DNA of 64,000 nt from Vicugna vicugna (lineage: Eukaryota). This document shows positions 29,408 to 41,307 of this stretch, piece after piece. The notes below the pieces were generated by a model that was not told where the DNA came from, did no database searches, and saw nothing but the letters and a program-made list of their open reading frames with translations. The position numbers and the translations under genes were made by a program. Positions within the stretch are counted from its first letter, which is position 1; each line of letters opens with the position of its first letter. The stretch is from positions 1,254,356 to 1,318,355 of the forward strand of contig MU057744.1 in assembly GCA_013265495.1 (NCBI GenBank), read 5' to 3'.

Positions 29408-29737
29408 TGTCTTGGTCCATTCAGGTGGCCAGGTAGCTTATAAACCACAGATACTTACTTCTCACAGTTCTTGGGGCTGGGAAGTCCAAGATCATGGTGT
29501 CACCATGGTCACGTGAGAGCCCTCTTCCGGGCTGCAGCCTTCCTGTCATGACCTCACATGGCAGAAGGGACAAGGGAGCTCTCTCGGGCCTCTCTTATAA
29601 GGGTCCTAATCCCATTCATGAGGGCTCCACCCTCATGCCCGAGGCACCTCCCGGAGGTCCCATCTCCTAATACCATCACAATGGGCATCAAGGATTTTAA
29701 CATCCGGATTTGGAGGGGAATACATTCAGCCCATAGC
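29408..29737 (-). mobile_element. MLT1A-like MaLR solo LTR
   Basis: ctcacagttcttggggctgggaagtccaagatc...ctcacatggcagaaggg...taatcccattcatgagggctccaccctcatg. Confidence 0.85.
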
Positions 29738-31657
29738 CCTTTTTTTTTTTTTTTTTTACATTATGGTTCAAACCCATCTCCTTCCATGAATCTTTCTCAG
29801 TTCTTCATATATATTTTTTAAGCCTTTATTTGCCTGTTTCACAAATAAAGCTGGATGAGTTGGAGTTCTTCATATTTTGAATAAACTTCTTCCTTTTCTC
29901 TCATCAGTAGTTTCCCATTTATATTTCTGTTATTCCATTTATTATGATCTGCTTTGTCTTATTCATTCATAATTCACCTTGCAAGATCTTTGGGGAAAGA
30001 ATCCTATTTTGAACATCTTCATATTTCCCAAAGCACCTGACATGGTGCTTATCCATGTCAGGTACTTAACTGGCACTTGTTTAACTGAATTTTCTAAATC
30101 TCTTCTATCAATATGAATTATACATTTTTATAATCTGAACAATGTGCTAAGTTTCAGTTTCTTTGAAATTAAATTAGTTCCTAACCAAAAGAAATCCAAG
30201 ATTTAATGCACTACAGAAGTAATCCTGCAATGAACTTAATGGTGTTTGACAAACAGAATGAATAGTTGGTGATTAAATATTTACTTGAAAAAATACAGTA
30301 TTCAATTTTAATGTTTTCCGGTAATATTTCATTTTTGTGAGACATCCAAATTAATGGTTTTAATAAGAACTTCTATATTAAGGTTCTTAAAACCAGTTGG
30401 CTGTCCAAGTGTAAAAGCTACCTCAACACTATGAGATGTCCAGGATACTTAGACTCGGGTGCTCTGAATCGTATACCAGGTCTAGTACTTTTCCACTTTA
30501 AATGTGAAGAGCAATAGCAACATGGCTGTCTGTCACCAGAGAAAGACTAGCTGGCCACCCAGGAATGGCTGAATGACTTTGAAGAGCAGTGTTGTCCAAT
30601 CACAACAGCCTGAGGTATGGAACCCCATTATAGATACAAGGCGGCGTGCCTTTATCTCAGGAACAAGTTAAAGATCCCGGGAGGCAGGTGAACATTCCTG
30701 AGTTCCCTTGTCTCTGCCTCCATTCCAAAGCAAACTCAGCCCCATCCCCCGAATTTGCTGACGGGCACAGGGTATCTTTACTGAGATTAAAACCTTTAAT
30801 CAGATTACAGCCAGCTTGACCTGGGGATTGTTTTGCTTTATTTAATGTTACCCTCATGAGATTTATTTTATCATTGGCGAATAAGGGAATCATATTTCCA
30901 ATTTTGGAGAATGATTACAGCTTTCAAATTGCATCCTGGTTAAAACAAAAAACTCTTTCTGCCATTAAAGAGTCTGCTATGACAGCTAGCAGTATTCATT
31001 TGACAATGTCTGAAAGATGGTGAATGCAATGTCTCCAGTAATTATTCTTGCAAACATTAATTATTCGCTTGCCATCATGTATTAAATGTTACTGTAGATA
31101 TAGCTAAGACCAAGCCAGAGAAAGTCTGTATTAAAATAACACTTTCTTAAACTGAACGGCAGACCTAAGTAAGCAAGGCAAACGAGTACAGTGTAGCAGG
31201 CAAGGTATCTGACCTACCAGAGCTCCGGAAAGTCCTGTACCAACTCTCTGGGGGTGATGTTTGGTGACCTTCCTTTAAACACTGAAGTTTTATCTGTCCC
31301 CCAAAGCCCAGAAGGAATGTCTCCCACTGAAAATGTAGCATACTTAAAATTCCAGGGTTTCGAGAATGCAGATGGCATTTGTTTAGCTCAAAGGATGTGG
31401 CAACATTTTATAAACTCATTCTGTAAATTAGGGCCAGGGAATCCGAGTAACAACTGAAAGTATAAGCAATCTGGTGGGTCCAATTTTCTGGGGAGAGGGC
31501 TCTTTCATCAGCTGCTCCAAGGGATAAACGAGACAGTGAGAAACGGGAGGAATGCTGAAACCAGTTTTTCCAGGTTGGGACCTGCTGCACCACCTGTTAG
31601 AAGTGTAACCTTGGGCAACTTGTTTACTTTCTCTCCCCCCACCCTCCTTTTCCTGTC

Positions 31658-31763
31658 GGTTAGTTAAGCGAAGCAGCGGGGGTGGAGAAGGAACAGAGCG
31701 ATCTGTAACTGGCCGTGATCAGTTAATTGTAAACCCCACTGCACTCTTGCCCTCTGACCAGCA
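31658..31763 (-). pseudogene. RNY3: Y3 RNA (RNY3) retro-pseudogene embedded in a MIR relic
   Basis: reverse strand reads GCTGGTC...GAGTGCAGTGGGGTTTACAATTAACTGATCACGGCCAGTTACAGATCGCTCTGTTCCTTCTCCACCCCCGCTGCTTCGCTTAACTAACC, colinear over the whole length with Y3 RNA as recalled; no T-run terminator. Confidence 0.88.
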
Positions 31764-32449
31764 ACCTCCCTTTACTTTGGTTTTCCTATCAGTAAACAAG
31801 GATGACAACAGAAAGAGCTTATAGAGAGCCTTCTCCACGGCACTCATCTTGCTTTACAATGGATTCAATTACCATTTGCTGTACCCTCTAGGCTGCAGGA
31901 CCTGGGTCTGTTTTATCTCAATGTTTTAGCTTCAATGCCTGGCCCATAACGGTGTCAATAAATAATTGTTAAATAAATAAACACCAAACACCCCCAACAA
32001 TTCATAGGATTTCAACAACTGAACTTTAAAAGCCAGTATACCAAGAACTCTTGTCTTTTAATGATTTTGGTTATGTCCCCCAAACTACAGAAATTCTAGG
32101 TTTCAACTTGATTATCTTAATCGCACTACACCTTCCAGGCCGAGTCAGAAAACGCTGGCTAGTTCATGTAATTCTGTCAAATCACCTCTATGCTGAAATG
32201 TTAAAGGAAAACAAAAGCAAAGTACTAAGTTGGTTTAGGCTGATGAACTTCAGTTAGTTTAGATTGCACTGAACTTTCACCAGTTTCCTTCTGCGGTTAT
32301 GAGAAAAGAATTTGCTGTTAATGCATTCTTTTTAATTTAAAAATAATTTCTGATTTCCCTCCATGTTTAGGAGATAAAGCTCCAGGATTCAAAAATAGAA
32401 CTTTAAAAACTGTCAGGTCCCTTTTCCCTCCTTTTATTTCATTTATAAA

Positions 32450-33011
32450 AGTAAGACAGGTTAGCAGTCAGCAAGTTTAGCTCTCAGTTTGAAAGAGCCC
32501 TTTTGCCCCTTTCCTGTTTGCCCAATTCTGTCCCCCTCTAACCTTAAAAGAACCTAACTGTAGGAATGAGATCACTAAGCAGTTGAAATGAACTCCTGAC
32601 TTATGCTCTCCTGAACGCACACCAGGCCTCGCCTAACGATACTTTTTCTAGATAAAAAGAAGAATGAAAAATTGAGCAGTTAAAGACTGACTAACTCTCC
32701 ACAACCCCCTTAGCAATCCTGAAGGCAGGTCACCTGGGCTAGATAACCTCTGAAAAGAGAGTCAGCCGGTCTGCATGCAGTGGAGATGGTGAAGGACCCA
32801 ACCTCCTGCCTTAATGATTCACTGACATCCTTCCTCCCATCTCTTCCTTAAAAAACTATCATGGCTAAGCAGACTCTTCAGAGATGGTCTCAGGACATGA
32901 GCCACTGTTTCCCCAGATGGCTGGCTTTTCTGATTAAAGCACCTTTCCTTTCTACTGACACTTGATTATTGGCTTTTGAGTGGCAAGCACCTGAACCTGA
33001 GTCTGGTAACA
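32450..33011 (+). mobile_element. ERV1-class solo LTR (MER34/MER39-like ending)
   Basis: TATA-like ccttaaaaaa, ATTAAA poly(A) signal at about 32933, ending tattggcttttgagtggcaagcacctgaacctgagtctggtaaca; 5' boundary approximate. Confidence 0.65.
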
Positions 33012-33057
33012 AGCTCACCCACCCTCTTAAGCTGATTAAGTACCACATTCCTATCTA

Positions 33058-33290
33058 TCAAACAAAACATCAAGTTGCTCTTAGGCAAGATGGAAAAAAA
33101 AAATAAAGAAAGAAAGAAAGGAACCCAAATCCAAAACAAAACCAAAAAACCCCCCACAATAAAACCAAAAAACCACAAAACAATAACAGCAACAAAAACA
33201 ACTCCAGAAACCAAAAAGGCCAAACCAAAGCAGGAAAAAAAAAAAAAAAAAAGAAAGAAAGAAAAACCCCAAAACCCAATAAAACAACAC
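33058..33290. repeat. A/C-rich low-complexity tract (mixed AAAC/AAAG/An)
   Basis: direct reading. Confidence 0.9.
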
Positions 33291-33344
33291 CCTCTGCACA
33301 CTGGATTTCCTGAGTGAGTTTTTAAATAATCCTTACAATTACGT

Positions 33345-33646
33345 ACAGGGGGAATCCTTCCTGTCTCTCCCAGCTCCTGATGTTCGCCAGCAGGCCTTGG
33401 TATTCCTTGGTTTGCAGATGCAGCACACTAATCTCCACCATTGCTAGCACATGGCTTGTGTGCCTCTCCTTTATCTTACAAGGTCTCATACTGAACCAAG
33501 GGTCCACTCTACTTCTATATGACTTCACCTTAACTAATCACACCAACAACAACCCTATTTCCAAGTAAGTTCACATTCTGAAGTACTGGAGTTTAGGATT
33601 GACTTCACTACACCTTTTTCGGGGGAACACAATTCAACCCACGACA
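33345..33646 (-). mobile_element. MLT1C/D-like MaLR LTR
   Basis: gaatccttcctgtctctcccagct...ttccttggtttgcagatgca...ccctatttccaagtaagttcacattctg...acaattcaacccacgaca. Confidence 0.8.
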
Positions 33647-34739
33647 GTATTCTTAGAACTTTGAGTTATGTGAGTTTTTGTACTAGAATTCACTGCCCCT
33701 TAGGTAGGATGTATTCCTTTAACCTTGTTACCCTTTACTGACTAAGAAAAAAACTGGATTTGTTCACTTTTAGCTGAGAAAGTAAACGTCTGATGACTTG
33801 CTAAAAACAGAGACTGATAAACAACACCTAGATTTTCTACTAGGCTAGAGAATAGTAAACGACTAGTGCCTGAAAGATTATTTTTCAAGAGATGCATCAA
33901 CAAACTCTGAGACACAGATGAAAATTTAAAAACTAGCCCTTACAAACTTAACAAGATCTTCTGCTATTCAGGGGTCTCTCCTCTCCCTCACACTCTTGTT
34001 TCATTCTCTCCCCACTCACTCCATTTTTCCCCCTCCAGGTATGGCCATCTTTGGTAAGGATGCTATGTACATTATTATCATTTTGCAGATTTTAAAAACT
34101 GATGTATAATCACTAAGTACAGTCAAAGGAGAACAGCAAGCAAATTTGTATTTTTTTAAGTTAGTAGGTGTCATAATTTTGTCTCTATTTTATGTTTTCC
34201 AGATTCACTTGCTTTCCTCCTATTATGCTCAGCCTTACAGCACTGTCCTTTATTCTCAAATTCTCTCGGTTGCTGTGTCTCCCGACTGGAATGGCCTTAC
34301 CTGGCACACACTTCTTCAGAATCCAGCTTTTTCTTTGAAACTTTCCCCCAAAACCTTGGAGTTCTGAGTACTTTTAGCACATTGTATGTGATTTTTATGC
34401 TCTGTTCTATTATTAGTCTTAACCAGACTGTGAGTTCTTCCTCTTAAGAAGACAGCGGTGAGGGCGTTACGCAGCTTGCCTCTGCATTCCAGGTGTGCAG
34501 CCCAAAGCCTGGCACCTAGTTCCCGCTCCATAGATGCTTACTGTTCAGAAGTGACAATTAACATGCACAGATGTGCTTCAGTTTTCACAGCGCGTTCGCA
34601 CGACCTCATTTAATCCCTGCAACCTCATGTAATAGTAATGGTCGCCACCCTATCGTTTCTCGTTTGCAAAGTGTGAAGCAGAGACTGAGAGGTTAAGTAC
34701 CTTGCCCAGCGCCAGTCAACAATAAAACGTGACTAGTAC

Positions 34740-35480
34740 CTGGTCTTCCACTCCGAGGACCGGGCTCTCGACACTACCTAAGACGCTGAGGCCAGCGCCA
34801 GCTTCGCACCACGACTCCCCCGGGAGAGCCCCTGCGGGCGGCCTCACTGACGCCGCCCGGAGATGCGCGGACCCTGCGCGCCACCTGCGCTCCTGGACCA
34901 CGTCTCCCAGCGCGCCCTGGGGCCAGGCCTCCGGTGATTGGTGATTGGTTGCGACGGCTCAGCCAATACGGCCGCGACGAGCCCTTGCAGACCAATCCCA
35001 GGCCTGGGGGCGGGCCCTCCGGCTCAGAGGCTGGATTGAGTGCCGAGACGCCCGGAGTCCGAGCCTCCTCGAGCCTGAGGGGACGGTGAAGCCTGGCCGC
35101 GCGTCTCGGCCGCCACGTCGTCCTCCTCTTCAGGCCCGGCCCGCGCCCCGCGAGAAGGAAGCGGGCGCCAGAGCACTGTCGCGGCGCGGGGCCCGCGTGT
35201 CCTCGCCGCGCCCGGGCCGTGAGGGCGGCGGCCTTCGGGGAGCGGCTCCGGGCCGTCGCGTGTGGAGAGCGCGTCTTCCCCGCCGCGGCCCCGTCCGGCC
35301 CGGCCCGAGGAGGAGGCTCCGCAGCATGTCCCCCGCGCTCCAGGAGCGGGCGCCGTCCGGTAACGCCGCGCCTGTTCCCCACCTCGGGGGTGGTTCTTGG
35401 GGCGGGCGGCTCCTCGCGGCTGGCGGAGGAGCCCCGAGGGCCCGCGTTCTCGCCGCGTCCTTGCACACTTAGCATTTGAC
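34740..35480 (+). promoter_or_regulatory. MTR: CpG island / TATA-less MTR promoter and 5' leader
   Basis: dense CpG; ATTGG at 34937 and 34944, CCAAT at 34963 and 34992, GC box GGGGCGGG at 35007. Confidence 0.9.
35326..35359 (+). CDS. MTR: methionine synthase exon 1 coding part
   Basis: gcagcATG; MSPALQERAPS+G, 34 nt, donor G|gtaac; resembles human N-terminus MSPALQDLSQP. Confidence 0.9.
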
Positions 35481-37005
35481 ACCGCACATTCCCGAAGGGC
35501 CCTGTGGAAGCTCCGCGTGATTGAACGCTCCTGTTCAATATATACTTACTGAGCATCTAAGCCAGAGGAAGTTCAGGTGCTGAGAGACAGGGAAACGCAG
35601 AGAAGACTGCTTGAAGCCGCACTGAACTGTTTTGCACTTCGGGGTGCGAGCCGTAGTTCTGCAAACCCCAGCGTGCGGAACAGCACGATGTTAACGCAGA
35701 GTGGCGGGTGCTCCGTAGGCGGGGATGAGGAGTAACGGGGAGACAGACGCTGCCTATCAGGGAGAACAAGGAATCGTAATACTGCGGTTTTCAGGTCAGG
35801 CAACGGGGACGGGTGATGCCGTTCACAGAAATAGGGCTATCAGGTAGAAAATGTGGCAAGTTTGGTTTTGGATATTAGAGAGAGGGGCGGGTGGGTTTCT
35901 AGGGGATGATAGCAGGTGGGCAGTTTGAAATCTGGGTCTAAGAGTAGAGCCGAGGGTTTCTGATAATTAGAAGGTCATTGGTGACTTTAGGAAATAATTT
36001 CAGTAGAGGCAGAGGCAGGAGCCCCATGGAGAAGACAGGTTGAGGTATAACTGCTGGAGGTGGGAGGGGTTGGGGGGAGGTGATCCTGTGCTCTTCCTTA
36101 GGTCTGAGGGTGGGGAAGCAGTGCGCTGAGCTGCAAGAGGATTTTGAGGTGGAGGGGGATTAATTTAAGGAGCTCCCCAAAGAAGACTTTGTTGTACAGG
36201 ATTAGGTGAAATCACCTGTGAGTGAAAAGGATGAGGCGGATTTGGTGCTAAAAGAAAGCAGAGGTTTGGGACAGCAGATATGGAAAGGAGCCAAGGAAAA
36301 GGTGAACCAAAGAGGCTCCGATCAATCTTAGGAATTTTCAGTGACGCCAGTCAGCAGATTTGTGGCTTTCCAGTAGTTCTTGGACAGCAGAAAATAGGAT
36401 TGGAATGAGTAGTCAGGGCTGGGAATTAGAAGTCAAGAACATGGGGAGAATTGAGACACTCGGGTGTTAGCTGGTCATTGTTTCAGAGGTGCAGAGGCGA
36501 GAAAGACCCTGTGGGCAGGCTGTTAACTAGTTGTGGCAGTAGGTGGGAGAGATTGTTAGAGCTAACAGTTCAAGTGGCAGTTTGGCACGACTGATTGTTT
36601 TCCATTATCTGTCACTTATTGCTGTTGAGGGAGCTCAGGCACACAACCACCAGAGGGACACCTGAAGACTTTCTCCCGCAGCTGGCCTGGCCTTGTGGCA
36701 TTTGGCTGTTTGCTGCCTGTTTTGCTCATCTCTGAAACAGGAGTTAGTATAACCTGCTTTAACCTTGGTTTGGTGCTTTACCAGTAATTCTGTGCTATGT
36801 GTAATCTTCTATTTCATTAAGCATTGTTCTAACTTAATGGAAACATTTTGGGACAGCATTTTGGAAATGCTGCAGTTATGGATACATATTTTATGAGCCC
36901 CATTTACTCCCTGTCATGAATTATTATAATTTAGTTTAAGCTCCTTCTCCACATGTTTTTCTCCTTTCATTTTTTAAAGTCAGATTTTCACTTTCTTTAT
37001 TAAAG

Positions 37006-37220
37006 CAGGTATGGAGAAAACTCTGCAGGACGAGATTGAAGCCATTCTGCGGGAGAGAATTATGGTGCTTGATGGAGGAATGGGGACCATGATCCAGCGA
37101 CACAAGCTGAGTGAGGAAGACTTCCGGGGACAAGAATTTAAAGATCATGCCAGGCCCCTGAAAGGCAACAATGACATTTTAAGTATAACTCAACCCGATG
37201 TCATTTACCAAATCCATAAG
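37006..37220 (+). CDS. MTR: methionine synthase exon 2
   Basis: 215 nt; (A)[34 protein letters not shown]...[19 protein letters not shown]|gtaaag; alternative acceptor at 37009. Confidence 0.95.
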
Positions 37221-37904
37221 GTAAAGCACCCCCAGGTTCTTATATTTTCATTCTATGATTCTGCAGTCCCTTTCATGTCCTGAGGACTGACCACTGTATC
37301 AAGTGCTCTGGAGGATACAGAAGAAAGAGGTGATTTGTTCAGAAAGTAGGTGTTGGGCACCAAGTAAAAGTCATGCACTGTATTGAACATTCAGGATAAG
37401 GAGATGAGGAAGGTAGGTTTCTGCCTTTGAGGCATTTAAACTGCAGTGAAAAACCATAAAATCCTGGCTAGATCAAGGTTTTCACGTACATTGTCTTATT
37501 CAAGTCACCACAACAGCCCTGATGAAATGAAACTCAAAGATAGTTATTATTCTCATTCTGTAGATTTGGAAACGGAGCACACAGAGGTTAAATAACTTGC
37601 CTGATGTTACGGAGGTTTACTGACTTGAAATCACATGTTTTTTCGTGCCGTTTTTCTGCCTAGTGAACATAAAGAGATCAGAGGCAAGTAACTGGGTCTT
37701 GTTAGACTTTTAAAATTTAAAACGAAATATAGAACTAAATTATTTTGTAGGTTATCATATGAACTTCATAGAATTAATGACTAGAAGAGATAATAAGGTG
37801 ATTTAATCTGTTTTCCTGGTCTGGATTCAATCTGGAGGACAAAGCATATTTACCAGTTAATTGAGAAAGTTTTTATCTTCTGGAGAAGGGCATTATTTCA
37901 GACT

Positions 37905-39045
37905 TTTTTTTTAAATTGACCTATAATTGACGAGTAGCATTATATTCAGATGTACAGCATGTTTTGATATTTTTATATATTGTGAAATAGTCACCGAGTA
38001 AGTGTAGCTAACATCCATTACTATACATAGCTGCAATTTTTTTTTTTTCCTTGTGATGGGGACTTTTAAGATCCACTCCCTTAGCAACTTTCAAATATAC
38101 AATACAGAGGATTAACTTCAGTCACCATGCTGTCCGTTACATCTTCATGACTTATTTATTTTATAACTGGAAGTTTATACTTTTTGACTCCCTTCAGCCA
38201 TTTCCCCCACCCTCCCACCTCTGGCAACCTCCAGTCTATCTGTGAGCTCGGTTTATTTGTTTGTTCAGAGTCCACATATAAGTGAGATCATGCATTATTT
38301 GTCTTTCTCTGATTTCTTTCACTTAACATAATGCCCTCAAGGGCCATCCATGAATGGCAAGATTTCCTTCTTTTTAAAGTTTTATTATACTCCATTTCAT
38401 GTACATACAACATTTCCTTTATTCATTCATCCATCAGTGGACACTTAGATTGTCTCCATATGTTGGCAGTTGTAAATAATGCTGAAGTGAACACGGGGGT
38501 GCATTTATGTTTTTGAGTTAGCGTTTTTGTTTTCTTTGGGTAATACCCAGAAATTGAATTGCTGGGTCATGTGATAGTGCTATTTTTAATTTTTCGAGGA
38601 CCCTCTACACTGTTTTCTATAGTTGCTGTACCAATTTACATTCCCACCCACAGTGCCCGGAGTTCCCTTTTCTCCACATCCTCACCAACACTTGTTATTT
38701 CTTGTCTTTTGATAATAGCCATTCTGACAGGTGTGAGGTGATACTTCATTGTGGTTTTGGTTTGCATTTCCCTGATAATAAGTAGTGTTGAGCGTCTTTT
38801 CATTTACCTGTTGGCCCTCCATATGTCTTCTTTGGAAAAATATCTATTCAGATTTTCTGCCTATTTTTTAATTGAATGGGTTTTTTAGCTCTTGAGTTGT
38901 ACGAGTTCTTTATTTTGGATATCCTTTGATATGTGATTGGCAAATATCTTCTCCTGTTCAATGTGTTGCCTTTTCATTTTGTTGATGACTTCCTTTGTTG
39001 TGCAGGTGCTTTTAGTTTGATGTTTATTTTTGCTTTAGTTGCCTT
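37905..39045 (-). mobile_element. L1MA9-like LINE-1 3' fragment
   Basis: ttagcaactttcaaatatacaatac...ccacatataagtgagatcatgc...ataatagccattctgacaggtgtgaggtgata. Confidence 0.88.
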
Positions 39046-39490
39046 TCAGATTCTTCCTAAGGGGGAAAAATCACTTAGTTCATTTAGTGATTAAATGATT
39101 CATTGAGTGGGAAGGGATCAGTCTGTTGGGTGGTGAAGACTTTGTTCTAGATAAGATGCAGAATGGTTTTCATCTGAGAACCATTCCTTTCCTTTGGTCA
39201 TAGTGGGAATTGTAGGTTCTGGAAGATTTAAAATCGGTCCTTAAAGAGGTTTGCTTCTGCAGGTTTTTCTGCTAGGCCTGAGAGTATATAGTCAAGTCAC
39301 ATTATAAAATGCCAGTGTATTGTAGATCGGGAGTGCCATTGTTGGTGTGAATTGCTTGGTGTGGTTACAAACATCAGTTTTTAGGATGTAGTTGATGAGA
39401 TCATATGACGTACCATGCCATGTGGCTTTGTCATTATTCACGTGGACTATCACTAAAGTGTTGGCTTCCTGAGGGCAGGAGTTTATGCCC

Positions 39491-39736
39491 TTTCCTCTTT
39501 TTTTTTTTAACTTTTTTTTATTGAGTTATAGTCATTTTACAATGTTGTATCAAATTCCAGTATAGAGTATAATTTTTCAGTTATACATGAACATACATAT
39601 ATTCATTGTCACATCTTTTTTGCTGTGAGCTACCACAAGATCTTGTATATATTTCCCTGTGCTATATAGTATAATCTTGTTTATCTAGTCTGCATTTTGA
39701 AATCCCAGTCTTTCCCTTCCCACCGCCCGCCCCCTT
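39491..39736 (-). mobile_element. young 5'-truncated camelid L1 3' end
   Basis: poly(T), then ttgagttatagtcattttacaatgttgtatcaaattccag; TSD agtttatgccc at 39480-39490 and 39737-39747. Confidence 0.85.
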
Positions 39737-40928
39737 AGTTTATGCCCATTTTTCACTACTGAATCCTTACCACCTAGAGCAGTATCTCTCATGTAGTAGT
39801 CAGTAAATACATTTTGAGAGAATGAATATTTGTCGTATATATTAGGCAGGCATCTAGGTAGAACAACAAGTTTCCCAGGAGAAGTAATAAAGCAAAAATG
39901 GCCATAAATACAATAAAGTACACCTGGCTATCCTGTTCACGGGGGAAGTGTTGACTAGCTGGAGTTCTCTGAATGCAGAGACCATGTCGTGTTACAAAGA
40001 AGAGAAGACTGGGTTATTGTCACACTTAGTTATTTCTAGTGGAGTTACTGACCATAGAGCTAATTCCCTGGTGTTTAATTTTAATGGAATGCCCAAGTTC
40101 CACTGGTAGTGTAAGTACCTGACCGAGCATTTTTGATTGTTATGTGATTGCCTGACGGTAAGTTTTTGATTGTGGAGACATCCACTTCAAAGGCATCATC
40201 TCAGTAAACACAGTGCCAACTGTGTGGCACAGCTGCTGTGTAAGCCGCCAGACAAGGAACAGGCCTCCCCGGCCCGTGAGTTGCCCCTTGGTTTGCGTTT
40301 CCCAGCTCTTCTGCCGACAGTCTCCATCCAACTCACTACTGGAAAATCGAGAATCGAGAACACTCACCAGATTGAGGTTGAGATGGTGTCCAAAGAGTGA
40401 AACAAGGAAGAAAGGTTTCAAGCGAAGAGAACAGGAGGGCACCAAGGTCCTCCAGGTTTAGGAGGGGTGCAGAGCTGGTTTGGAGGCACCCGGGTGTGGG
40501 TCTGAAAAGTGTGGTCAGAGTCGAGATCTCAGAGAGTGCCGTTCTCAGTGTGATTCTGATTGTGCTGACACCGGGAGATGGCGGAAGAACAAAGGGACGT
40601 TTGTATGGGGCCATCGTGTGCCAGGCACCTGGTGTTACCTGTGTCATCGTGTGGCCACCCTGTGAGGTCGGGCTATACTTTCAGATGAGGAAGCCGAAAC
40701 TGAGAGAGTTTAAGGCACTTAGTTCAGTTCGCACGGTGTGAACTTTGTCTGAATTCAATTCCGTGTTTGTTTATTTATACCACATGCCTTTCCGTGCTAT
40801 CCCTCTATCTGTTCGTATCTCTAGCCTCTGTCTAGTGCAGCACCTTAGACTTAGTAAGGGTCAAAAGGTGTTTGGTGGTAGCCAAGTTTATTGTTAGGGG
40901 ACAGGGGTACTAAAACTCGTAGCATTGA

Positions 40929-41102
<174 letters not shown>

Positions 41103-41307
41103 TAGTGAGAAAACCAGCCAAAGCTGCAGAGTCAAGCTCATGCCTAGTTATCTATTGTCTGTGATAAGACAGCCCATTCATTTTCCAGTTGGCTTCTTTC
41201 ACGGGCAAGTAATAATCAAATGCAACTGATGTTTATTATAAAAGCATGATTGGCCATGTGCACAGTTTTGTGAAGCCTTTTTAAGTTGGGTGACAGATTT
41301 GGTTTCC

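Noticed and set aside
32966..33317. Lys-rich and Phe-rich ORFs
   Set aside because: Translation artefacts of the A-rich low-complexity tract.
34774..35556. 260-aa antisense ORF and other overlapping ORFs across the CpG island
   Set aside because: Low-complexity R/P/G/A content is expected from stop-poor GC-rich DNA; no recognisable domain.
40140..40741. Cluster of overlapping ORFs in MTR intron 2, possible processed pseudogene
   Set aside because: No recognisable protein match, poly(A) tail or TSD; a BLASTX search would be needed to reopen this.
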